Shown piece by piece: positions 1-7,480 of a stretch of 32,000 nt of DNA. Position numbers and translations under genes: made by a program. Numbering within the stretch: the stretch's first letter is position 1; every line of letters begins with the position of its first letter. The stretch comes from Mycolicibacterium smegmatis (GTDB taxonomy: Bacteria; Actinomycetota; Actinomycetes; Mycobacteriales; Mycobacteriaceae), in contig NZ_LN831039.1 of NCBI RefSeq assembly GCF_001457595.1, positions 5,880,001 to 5,912,000 of the forward strand, given 5' to 3'. The notes under the pieces were generated by a model that saw only the letters and a list, made by a program, of their open reading frames with translations, had not been told where the DNA came from and did not search any database.

Positions 1-1
1 C

Positions 2-103
2 GGTGGCCGGCCCGCCGCCCGGGGTTGACCAGCAGAAGTGGCAGGAGGCCATGGACGCGTGCGCGACGCTGGCGCCCGGCCCCGCAGAGGCTCCGCAGGG
101 CTG
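2..103 (+). CDS. 3' end of a proline-rich secreted protein (5' part lies outside the window); paralogue of the next gene
   Basis: Frame 2 is open from the window edge to TGA at 101-103. The tail GPPPGVDQQKWQEAMDACATLAPGPAEAPQG aligns with the C-terminus of ORF 183-560 (PPPGVEQADWDDARAACESLAP). Confidence 0.45.
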
Positions 104-182
104 ACGTCTCGGCGGGCGTCTCACAGCCGGCGCATAGCGGGCAAAAAGTTGCTGCTCAGCGCGCCTTCCTACCGTCACAGGC

Positions 183-560
183 GTGATACAGACAGTTCTG
201 CGTTCGACGCTCGCCGGCCTGGCCGCGGCCGCACTCGTCGGTTCCGTCGCGGCATGTTCGTCGTCGGAAGATCCGGCCGCGTCGGCGTCCACCGGTGCCG
301 TCACGTCCGCTGAAACCACCGCCTTCGATGCGTACGGGCAGTGCCTCATCGAACACGGCATGCCCGCACCACCTGCGGGATTCGGGCCCCCGCCGGGACA
401 TCCGGACGGGCCGCCACCTCCGCCGCCCGGCGGCACGCCTCCCGGCGGGCCTCCTGGTGATGGTCAGGCTCCGCCTCCGCCGCCAGGCGTGGAACAGGCC
501 GACTGGGACGACGCACGCGCGGCGTGCGAATCGCTCGCGCCCGCTTCGCCGCCCCGGTAG
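183..560 (+). CDS. proline-rich lipoprotein
   Basis: GTG start. N-terminal signal peptide with lipobox (LVGSVAA-C). Polyproline core (GPPPPPPGG, APPPPPG). Two Cys motifs (YGQCLIEHG, RAACESLAP). Confidence 0.6.
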   Translation: MIQTVLRSTLAGLAAAALVGSVAACSSSEDPAASASTGAVTSAETTAFDAYGQCLIEHGMPAPPAGFGPPPGHPDGPPPPPPGGTPPGGPPGDGQAPPPPPGVEQADWDDARAACESLAPASPPR

Positions 561-573
561 GGCCACGCGGTAA

Positions 574-642
574 CCGCCCCCAGATATGGGGCGGCCCCCG
601 AGCCGTTGTTCCTGGTTGGACTGACCAAGGGGCTCGGGGGCC
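574..642. terminator. two adjacent GC-rich hairpins between convergent genes (candidate bidirectional terminator without U-tract)
   Basis: CCGCCCC (574-580) pairs with GGGGCGG (588-594) around a 7-nt loop. The perfect 12-bp stem GGCCCCCGAGCC (593-604) pairs with GGCTCGGGGGCC (631-642), with an inner TTGG/CCAA mini-stem. Confidence 0.45.
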
Positions 643-812
643 GGGTGGCTGCGGGGAATTCGCCAGCGCGCGCGGGCTATTCTCCCGGCGCTGCTAGCGG
701 GCAGCCACCTCACATGTCCATAAGTCACTCAATTTGTCGGACCACCTCCTTCCCTGTGTAAAGGCGAAGGTACCCGCGTGAGCTGCGCCCTTCAAGCTAT
801 TTTCTCCAATGC

Positions 813-1700
813 TCAGCGATCACCGAGGATCGCGGTGTCGACCAGGCCCGCGATGTCGGGTGCCGAGGCCGAGGTGCGCAGCCGCGTGCCGTCGAGGGTG
901 TGCACGCGGGCGGCCAGCGTGATGCTCGAGATCAGCCAGATCCCTTGTGCGGTAAGGAGATCCGCAGGGCGTAGGGCGCGGTAGTCGCAGTCGATGCCCT
1001 TGTTGCGCGCCGTTTCGAACAGGGCCTGCTGGGTGGTGCCGCGCAAGATCGGGTACCACGGCGGCGGCGTGAGCAGCAGTGGCTGCCCGTCGTCGCCGCG
1101 CGTGGCGATCACCACGGTGGAGCGCGGCCCCTCGAGCAGGAACCCGTCGGAGCTCACGAAGATCACGTCTCCCGCGCCGTTGCGTGCGGCGTGACGCAGC
1201 GCGGCCATGTTCACCGCGTACGACAACGTCTTGGCGCCCGCGGCCAGCCAGGGCATCTCGCTGGCGCCGACCGGAAGGCCACGGTCGAGCGTGATCGCGG
1301 GGACGCCGTGCCGTCGTGCACCGGCCACCCGGTCGGCGAGCGCGCCGATCGTGGCGAACGCCGTCGGCGGCCCGCCACCTTCGCGGCCCCGGCTGTACAC
1401 GAGCCGCAGCACACCCTCCTCACCGTTCGCGGAGTGCTCGCTCGTCCACCGCTTCACACCGAGGGCCACCGCGGCCCGCCACGCGTCCAGGTCCGGCTCG
1501 GGCAGATCCAGCATCCTGGCGGATTGGGCGAGCCGCGCGAGGTGTGCCTCGAGCAGGCAGGGCCGCCCGTCGCGCACCAGCAGCGTCTCGAACACACCGT
1601 CGCCGCGGACCGCCGCCAGGTCGTCGGCGCACAGCAGCGGCGCGTCCGGATCGTGCAGTTGACCGTCGAGGGTGACCAGCACCGCTGGATGGCTTGCCAT
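813..1700 (-). CDS. pabC: class IV aminotransferase / 4-amino-4-deoxychorismate lyase
   Basis: 295-aa ORF with the typical fold-type IV N-terminus (RGDGVFETLLVRDGRP..LEAHLARL). Position next to ygfZ matches Rv0812 synteny, recalled from memory. Confidence 0.8.
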   Translation of the reverse strand: MASHPAVLVTLDGQLHDPDAPLLCADDLAAVRGDGVFETLLVRDGRPCLLEAHLARLAQSARMLDLPEPDLDAWRAAVALGVKRWTSEHSANGEEGVLRLVYSRGREGGGPPTAFATIGALADRVAGARRHGVPAITLDRGLPVGASEMPWLAAGAKTLSYAVNMAALRHAARNGAGDVIFVSSDGFLLEGPRSTVVIATRGDDGQPLLLTPPPWYPILRGTTQQALFETARNKGIDCDYRALRPADLLTAQGIWLISSITLAARVHTLDGTRLRTSASAPDIAGLVDTAILGDR

Positions 1701-1770
1701 GGGGCCAAAGCGTAGCCCCGGTCCTCAGTGAGTGGTGCCGCCGCGAGCGGTGGGGACGACGCGGGTTCCC

Positions 1771-1776
1771 TAGAGT
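1771..1776 (+). promoter_or_regulatory. -10 box TAGAGT, 6 nt upstream of the ygfZ ATG (leaderless-type promoter)
   Basis: TANNNT hexamer followed by tgatgt and then ATG at 1783. No SD sequence upstream. Confidence 0.35.
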
Positions 1777-1782
1777 TGATGT

Positions 1783-2862
1783 ATGTCAGCAGTTCCTACG
1801 CCCGAGGGCAGTCCCGATGCCGGTGCCGTGTGGCACTACGGCGACCCACTCGGCGAGCAGCGCAGCGCGGCCACCGACGCGGTCGTGATCGACCGGTCCC
1901 ACCGGGCGGTGCTCGCGTTGACCGGCAAGGACCGCCAGGGATGGCTGCACAACATCTCGAGTCAGCACGTCAGCGCACAGCCCGACGGCACCGTCACCGA
2001 GAACCTGAGCCTGGACATGCAGGGCCGGGTCGAGGACCACTGGCTGCAGACCGAGCTGGACGGGACGACGTACCTGGACACCGAGTCGTGGCGGGGCGAA
2101 CCGCTCGCGGCGTATCTGCGCAAGATGGTGTTCTGGTCCGACGTGCAGATCGAACCCGCCGATCTCGGGGTCCTGTCGCTTCTCGGTCCGGCTCTCGCCG
2201 GTGACGCCGTGCTGTCGGCCCTTGGTCTGAGCGCGCTGCCGGAGGAGGCCACGGCACAACCGCTGCCCGGCGGGGGTTTCGTCCGCCGCGTGCCTTCCGA
2301 GGGCCTGGAACTCGACGTGCTGGTCGCCCGGGAGACGCTCGACGACTGGAAGCAGCGCCTCGTCTCCGCGGGTGTACGCCCCGCCGGGATGTGGGCGTAC
2401 GAGGCGCACCGGGTGGCCGCCCAGCGGCCACGCCTGGGCGTGGACACCGACGAGCGGACGATCCCGCACGAGGTCGGCTGGATCGGCGGCCCCGGCGTCG
2501 GCGCCGTCCACTTGGACAAGGGCTGCTACCGGGGCCAGGAGACCGTCGCACGCGTGCACAACCTGGGCCGTCCGCCGCGGATGCTGGTGCTGCTGCACCT
2601 CGACGGCTCCTCGGACCGTCCGGCCACGGGCGATCCGGTGCTCGCGGGCGGCCGCACCGTCGGGCGGCTCGGCACGGTCGTCGACCACGTCGACGACGGC
2701 CCCATCGCGCTCGCACTCGTCAAACGGGGCCTGCCCGCCGAGACCGAACTGGTGACCGGTGGCAGCGTCGAGGTGCCCGCGAGCATCGACCCGGACTCAC
2801 TGCCTCCGCCGGACAGCGTGGGTGCCGGCCGGCTCGCCATCGAGCGCCTGCGTCACGGTTAG
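1783..2862 (+). CDS. ygfZ: folate-binding YgfZ / GcvT-like protein (Fe-S cluster repair factor family)
   Basis: 359 aa with the family signature KGCYRGQE. Aminomethyltransferase-like N-terminus. Confidence 0.85.
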   Translation: MSAVPTPEGSPDAGAVWHYGDPLGEQRSAATDAVVIDRSHRAVLALTGKDRQGWLHNISSQHVSAQPDGTVTENLSLDMQGRVEDHWLQTELDGTTYLDTESWRGEPLAAYLRKMVFWSDVQIEPADLGVLSLLGPALAGDAVLSALGLSALPEEATAQPLPGGGFVRRVPSEGLELDVLVARETLDDWKQRLVSAGVRPAGMWAYEAHRVAAQRPRLGVDTDERTIPHEVGWIGGPGVGAVHLDKGCYRGQETVARVHNLGRPPRMLVLLHLDGSSDRPATGDPVLAGGRTVGRLGTVVDHVDDGPIALALVKRGLPAETELVTGGSVEVPASIDPDSLPPPDSVGAGRLAIERLRHG

Positions 2863-2872
2863 CGTCACCGAC

Positions 2873-2890
2873 GGGCCCGGGAACGGGCCC
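2873..2890 (+). terminator. hairpin directly after the ygfZ stop
   Basis: GGGCCCG-ggaa-CGGGCCC, a perfect 7-bp GC stem with a tetraloop, 11 nt after TAG. No U-tract. Confidence 0.45.
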
Positions 2891-3040
2891 GCCCACGCGA
2901 AGTCGAAGGTGAATCCTGTCACGTCGAAATCGGCCTGCAACCTGCCTCGATGCTGGTGACGCTGAGGTAAACGAGGCGTGCGGTGTCCCGGAGGCGGGAT
3001 TCTGGGGCAGGGCCTGCCAGCGCCAGACTCGCGGGCACGG

Positions 3041-3069
3041 TAAAGTGTCGGCAGGACAAAAATGACACT
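3041..3069 (+). promoter_or_regulatory. candidate -10 (TAAAGT, 3041-3046) overlapped by the inverted repeat AGTGTC-N14-GACACT
   Basis: TANNNT hexamer. 6-bp perfect inverted repeat at 3044-3049 and 3064-3069, upstream of the DUF3073 gene. Confidence 0.3.
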
Positions 3070-3126
3070 CAGATCGGAGCCGCCTAATAATTGGGCCGCT
3101 CCGTTATTGCGCGAGGGGGTCCCCCC

Positions 3127-3300
3127 ATGGGCCGCGGCCGGGCGAAGGCAAAGCAGACCAAGGTTGCACGTGAGCTCAAGTACAGCTCACCTCAAACCGA
3201 TTTTGAACGGCTCCAGCGCGAGCTGTCGGGCGGTTCCGCCTCCGACGGTGTCAACGACGCCGACGACGACTGGGCGACTGAGGACGACTGGCGGCGCTGA
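3127..3300 (+). CDS. DUF3073-family small conserved actinobacterial protein
   Basis: Starts MGRGRAKAKQTKVARELKY, the characteristic N-terminus of the family, and has an acidic Trp-containing tail. The track ORF (3091) is trimmed to the internal ATG preceded by GAGGGGG. Confidence 0.8.
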   Translation: MGRGRAKAKQTKVARELKYSSPQTDFERLQRELSGGSASDGVNDADDDWATEDDWRR

Positions 3301-3330
3301 GCCCGCCGCCGTCCTCACCACCCCCGCTTC

Positions 3331-4413
3331 CTAGAACCGTGGGTGCTGGCCGACCAACTGGGCGCGCACACTGTCCTTGCCGCCCTTCTTGACCGTGCCC
3401 AGCGTCCAGCAATTCAGATGCCGAGCGGTCAGTATGGCCAGCGCACGATCGGTGTCCTCGGGAGCGACGACGGCGACCATGCCGACACCCATGTTGAACG
3501 TCTTCTCCATCTCGGCGCGTTCGATCCGTCCGCGCTGAGCGATCATGCCGAACACCGGCGCCGGGGTCCACGTGCCGCGGTCCAGTTCGGCGGTGAGGCC
3601 GTGCGGGATGACGCGTTCGAGGTTGCCCGCCAGGCCACCACCGGTGACGTGGCAGAAGGTTCGCACCTGGGTCTCGGCGGCGAGCGCCAGGCAGTCCTTG
3701 GCGTAGATCAGGGTGGGTTCGAGCAGCTCCTCACCGAGCGTGCGGCCGAACTCCTCGACGTGGCCGGCGAGGTTCATCCGGTCGATCTCCAGCAGGACCT
3801 TGCGGGCCAACGAGTAGCCGTTGGAGTGCAGACCGCTCGAAGCCATGGCGATGATGACGTCGCCCGGCCTGACCCGGTCGGGGCCCAGCACGTCGTCGGC
3901 CTCCACGATGCCCACACCGGTCGCGGAGATGTCGTAGTGGTCCGGTTCCATCAGCCCCGGGTGCTCGGCGGTCTCGCCGCCCAGCAGCGCGCATCCGGCC
4001 CGCACACAGCCCTCGGCGATGCCTGCCACGATGGCACTCACGCGCTCGGGCACGGTGCGCCCGACGGCGATGTAGTCCTGCAGGAACAACGGTTCGGCGC
4101 CGCACACCACGAGGTCGTCGACCACCATCGCGACCAGGTCGAGGCCGACGGTGTCGTGCTTGTCCATCGCCTGCGCTATCGCCAGTTTGGTGCCGACACC
4201 GTCTGTGGACGAGGCCAGCACCGGCTCTCGATAATCACGCTTGAGGGCGAACAGGCCCGCGAAACCGCCGAGGCCGCCACGGACCTCAGGGCGGGTGGCC
4301 TTGGCGGCCAGAGGCTTGAACAACTCCACGGCGCGATCGCCAGCTTCGATGTCGACCCCGGCCGACGCGTAGGAGATTGCATCACTGGAAACGGAGTCTT
4401 CGCGATCGGTCAT
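3331..4413 (-). CDS. purM: phosphoribosylformylglycinamidine cyclo-ligase (AIR synthetase)
   Basis: 360 aa from MTDREDSVSSDAISYASAGVDIEAGDRAVE. The track ORF (596 aa) is trimmed to Met237. Clear PurM homology along the whole length. Confidence 0.95.
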   Translation of the reverse strand: MTDREDSVSSDAISYASAGVDIEAGDRAVELFKPLAAKATRPEVRGGLGGFAGLFALKRDYREPVLASSTDGVGTKLAIAQAMDKHDTVGLDLVAMVVDDLVVCGAEPLFLQDYIAVGRTVPERVSAIVAGIAEGCVRAGCALLGGETAEHPGLMEPDHYDISATGVGIVEADDVLGPDRVRPGDVIIAMASSGLHSNGYSLARKVLLEIDRMNLAGHVEEFGRTLGEELLEPTLIYAKDCLALAAETQVRTFCHVTGGGLAGNLERVIPHGLTAELDRGTWTPAPVFGMIAQRGRIERAEMEKTFNMGVGMVAVVAPEDTDRALAILTARHLNCWTLGTVKKGGKDSVRAQLVGQHPRF

Positions 4414-4458
4414 CGCGCCTAAATCTACCGGTCGTCCCCGCGCAACGGCAGCCGGACC

Positions 4459-5856
4459 GTGACCTCGCGGCGGTGGGGGCGGTTTCGATCCGAGTGTTTC
4501 GGGCAAATCCGTGGCGGACCCACTGCCTCCGCACCGACCCGGAAGGAGACCGTTCTGGCGCGCTGTCTGGTTACCGGAGCCACCGGCTACGTCGGGGGCC
4601 GTTTGACGCCGCTGCTCGTCGCCGCGGGTCACGACGTGCGGGTGCTGGCCCGCACCCCAGAGAAACTTTCCGGCGTACCGTGGCGCGACGACGTCGAGGT
4701 GGCCCGTGGCGACCTCTCCGACCTGGACTCGCTGCGCAGCGCCTTCACCGGCATCGACGTCCTCTACTACCTGGTGCATTCGATGGGCACGGCCACCGAC
4801 TTCGCCGACTCCGAACGCGAGGCGGCCGCCAATGTCGCCGAGGTCGCCAAAGACGCGGGTGTGCGGCGCATCGTCTATCTCGGTGGTCTGCACCCCGACG
4901 ACGCGCAGCTGTCCCCGCACCTGGCCTCGCGGACGCTGGTGGGCGAGACGCTCATGGCCTCGGGCGTGGAGACGGTCGTGCTGCAGGCCGGCGTCGTGGT
5001 GGGTTCGGGGTCGGCGTCGTTCGAGATGATCCGGCACCTGACCGATCGCCTGCCCGTCATGACGACGCCGAAGTGGGTGCACAACCGGATCCAGCCGATC
5101 GCGGTGCGCGACATCCTGCACTATCTCGTGCAGTCCGCGAGCGTGCCGTTCCCGACGACGCGTGCCTGGGACGTCGGCGGGCCCGACGTGCTCAAGTACG
5201 GGGACATGATGCAGGTCTACGCCGAGGAGGCCGGCCTGCGCCGACGCCGGATGGTGGTACTGCCGTGGCTGACGCCCACGATCGCGAGCTGGTGGGTCGG
5301 GTTGGTCACGCCGATCCCCTCCGGCCTGGCGCGTCCGCTCGTGGAGTCACTGCATTGCGACGCGATCTGCGGTGAGCACGACATCGATGCGGTGATCCCG
5401 CCACCCGAGGGCGGGTTGACGTCCTACCGCGACGCCGTCGCGCTGGCGCTGGCATGCCAGTCACGCCCGGACACCGGGGCGGCGTGGTTCAACGAGCCCG
5501 CCGACTCGTTGCCCTCGGACCCGGACTGGTCGGGCGCCCCGGCCGAGGTCGCCGAGTTCAGGACGCCTTCGCGCGGTGCCGATCCGACGGCGACGCTGCG
5601 GAACGTGGCCGAGGCAGCGTGGGAGCGTCAGGGTTGGCGTGTGCTGCCCGACGATCCCTCCGGACCGTTGACGCTGACCAAAGATGCTCGCCTGGGTCGC
5701 GCGTGGCTGCAGTTCACGGCCGAGGGTGACGGGGCTGTGGTCCACCGCAGCGTGCTGCGCCCACGTGGACTGCTCGGACAGGTCTATGCCGCGACCGTGT
5801 GGCCACTGCGGCGCCGCATGCTGCACCGCCGGGCCGACGCACTGTTCTCGGGGTGA
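4459..5856 (+). CDS. NAD(P)-binding SDR/NmrA-like oxidoreductase with a C-terminal DUF2867-like domain
   Basis: Rossmann motif VTGATGYVGG about 40 aa from the GTG at 4459, which is the only canonical in-frame start upstream of the motif. The C-terminal 170 aa resemble DUF2867. Confidence 0.7.
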   Translation: MTSRRWGRFRSECFGQIRGGPTASAPTRKETVLARCLVTGATGYVGGRLTPLLVAAGHDVRVLARTPEKLSGVPWRDDVEVARGDLSDLDSLRSAFTGIDVLYYLVHSMGTATDFADSEREAAANVAEVAKDAGVRRIVYLGGLHPDDAQLSPHLASRTLVGETLMASGVETVVLQAGVVVGSGSASFEMIRHLTDRLPVMTTPKWVHNRIQPIAVRDILHYLVQSASVPFPTTRAWDVGGPDVLKYGDMMQVYAEEAGLRRRRMVVLPWLTPTIASWWVGLVTPIPSGLARPLVESLHCDAICGEHDIDAVIPPPEGGLTSYRDAVALALACQSRPDTGAAWFNEPADSLPSDPDWSGAPAEVAEFRTPSRGADPTATLRNVAEAAWERQGWRVLPDDPSGPLTLTKDARLGRAWLQFTAEGDGAVVHRSVLRPRGLLGQVYAATVWPLRRRMLHRRADALFSG

Positions 5857-5863
5857 GCCCGTA

Positions 5864-7399
5864 TCAGGGCCTGCGCAACGCCGAGGCGTTGTCGTTCTGC
5901 GCCACGGGGATGCCGCTGCGGGCCGCCGAGGCGAGCATGTGCTCGATGACGTTCTTGCCCAGGGCGGTCTCGCCGGGCAGCTCGATCGGGTACTTGCCGT
6001 CGAAGCACGCCGAGCACAACCGCGACGCGGGCTGCTCGGTGGCCGCGATCATGCCCTGCTGGGAGATGTAGCCGAGGCTGTCGGCGCCGATCGCGTGGCG
6101 GACCGCTTCGAGCATCTCGCCTTCGTGTTCCTGCGAGGCCGCGTTGGCGATGAGCTCCGCCGGGGTCGCGAAGTCGATGCCGTAGAAGCACGGCCACTTG
6201 ACCGGCGGGGATGCGATCCGCACGTGCACCTCGAGCGCCCCGGCCTCGCGCAACATCCGCACGAGCGCACGCTGGGTGTTGCCGCGCACGATCGAATCGT
6301 CGACGACGATCAGCCGCTTGCCACGGATCACCTCGCGCAGCGGGTTGAGCTTGAGGCGGATGCCCAGCTGGCGGATGGTCTGGGACGGCTGGATGAAGGT
6401 GCGGCCCACATACGCGTTCTTCATCAGGCCCTGGCCGAAGGGGATGCCCGATTCCTGCGCGTAGCCGACCGCGGCGGGCGTACCGGATTCCGGCACGCCG
6501 ATCACCAGGTCGGCCTCGATGGGATGTTCACGCGCCAGGCGGCGGCCGATGTCGACGCGGGTCGCGTGCACCGAGCGGCCGACCAGCGTGCTGTCGGGGC
6601 GGGCCAGATACACGTACTCGAACACGCAGCCCTTGGGCTCGGGGTTGGCGAAGCGCGTCGAACGCACTCCGTCGGCGTCGATCGCGAGCAGTTCGCCGGG
6701 TTCGATGTCGCGGACGAACGAGGCGCCGACGATGTCGAGCGCCGCGGTCTCCGACGCGACCACCCAGCCGCGGTCAAGGCGGCCCAGCGACAGCGGGCGT
6801 ACGCCGTGCGGGTCGCGCGCGGCGTAGAGGGTGTTCTCGTCCATGAACGTCAGGCAGAACGCGCCGCGGACGGTGGGAAGCAGTTCGAGGGCGGCCTGTT
6901 CGAGCGTCGCGTCGGCCGCGCCGTGCGCGAGCAGCGCACCGAGGATGTCGGAGTCGGTGGTGGCAGCGGGGCCGCCCTTGAGCTCCATCAGACCGTTGTC
7001 GCGGGCACGGGCAGCCAGCTCGGCCGTGTTGACCAGGTTGCCGTTGTGACCGAGCGCGACGCCGGTGCCCGCCGCGGTGTTGCGGAACACGGGCTGCGCG
7101 TTCTCCCAGGTCGTGGACCCGGTGGTGGAGTACCGGCAGTGGCCGACGGCGACGTGACCCGGCATCGCGGCCAGGGTCTGCTCGTCGAACACCTGACTGA
7201 CCAGGCCCAGATCCTTGAAGACCAGCACCTGGGAGCCATCGGCGACCGCGATACCCGCGGCTTCCTGCCCGCGGTGCTGCAGGGCGTAGAGGCCGTAGTA
7301 GGTCAGCTTGGCAACTTCTTCGCCCGGGGCCCAGACGCCGAAGACGCCACATTCCTCACGGGGTTCATTTTCGGACTCGTTGTCGTCGTGGCCGATCAC
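5864..7399 (-). CDS. purF: amidophosphoribosyltransferase
   Basis: 511 aa. Short propeptide followed by the catalytic CGVFGVW. PRPP-binding VVDDSIVRG. C-terminal Cys ligands (CFYG, CSACFDG). Confidence 0.95.
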   Translation of the reverse strand: MIGHDDNESENEPREECGVFGVWAPGEEVAKLTYYGLYALQHRGQEAAGIAVADGSQVLVFKDLGLVSQVFDEQTLAAMPGHVAVGHCRYSTTGSTTWENAQPVFRNTAAGTGVALGHNGNLVNTAELAARARDNGLMELKGGPAATTDSDILGALLAHGAADATLEQAALELLPTVRGAFCLTFMDENTLYAARDPHGVRPLSLGRLDRGWVVASETAALDIVGASFVRDIEPGELLAIDADGVRSTRFANPEPKGCVFEYVYLARPDSTLVGRSVHATRVDIGRRLAREHPIEADLVIGVPESGTPAAVGYAQESGIPFGQGLMKNAYVGRTFIQPSQTIRQLGIRLKLNPLREVIRGKRLIVVDDSIVRGNTQRALVRMLREAGALEVHVRIASPPVKWPCFYGIDFATPAELIANAASQEHEGEMLEAVRHAIGADSLGYISQQGMIAATEQPASRLCSACFDGKYPIELPGETALGKNVIEHMLASAARSGIPVAQNDNASALRRP

Positions 7400-7480
7400 G
7401 ATATGGCTGCTCCCGGATGGGCTGTGGGTGACTGGTTCAGTCTACGGGCCATATCCCGGGTTACGTGAATCCGCGACGTG

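Noticed and set aside
156-728. 190-aa minus-strand ORF overlapping the lipoprotein gene, preceded by the strong SD-like GGGAAGGAGGTG.
   Set aside because: The SD-to-GTG spacing is about 16 nt, which is too long. The product is Arg-rich nonsense that runs antisense through the proline-rich gene and through the terminator hairpins. The SD-like motif is kept only as part of the structured-spacer finding.
700-800. Possible 32-codon TTG-initiated small ORF on the minus strand downstream of pabC (MKGAAHAGTFAFTQGRRWSDKLSDLWTCEVAAR), with GGAG 8-9 nt upstream.
   Set aside because: There is no supporting homology or composition signal. It is too short to judge from sequence alone and may simply be pabC 3' UTR.
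3062-3334. 90-aa ORF overlapping the DUF3073 gene in another frame, and the TTG-extended start at 3091.
   Set aside because: The DUF3073 frame carries the characteristic MGRGRAKAKQTKVAR N-terminus and has its own RBS. The alternative frame has no recognisable features.
3331-5121. N-terminally over-extended track ORFs: purM 596 aa, FAD monooxygenase 749 aa (7481-9730), alpha/beta-hydrolase 661 aa (14754-16739), PoxB-like 768 aa (19529-21835), gpx 266 aa (30209-31009), tetR 223 aa, the secreted protein, MBL and the lipoprotein (11801-12874).
   Set aside because: The extensions overlap neighbouring genes, are compositionally aberrant and place N-terminal motifs (GxGxxG, signal peptides, HTH) far from the N-terminus. 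Internal starts with an RBS or start/stop coupling fit better.
5684-7468. 594-aa plus-strand ORF antisense to purF. Similar long antisense ORFs occur at 16466-18808 (780 aa, opposite purL), 18793-20124 (opposite the antiporter), 12717-14189 (opposite the permease), 20624-21982 (opposite the PoxB-like gene), 23482-24513 (opposite DyP), 3343-4422 (opposite purM) and 1786-2688 (opposite ygfZ).
   Set aside because: Their translations are Arg/Gly/His/Pro-rich low-complexity strings with no recognisable motifs. The opposite strand in each case encodes a protein with clear family signatures. Long stop-free antisense frames are expected in very GC-rich DNA.
4414-7480. Purine-, ZTP- or THF-type riboswitch upstream of purM, purF, the purL operon or purS.
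   Set aside because: The leaders are too short (0-80 nt), and I could not recognise conserved riboswitch cores. A covariance-model scan would be needed for a definitive answer.
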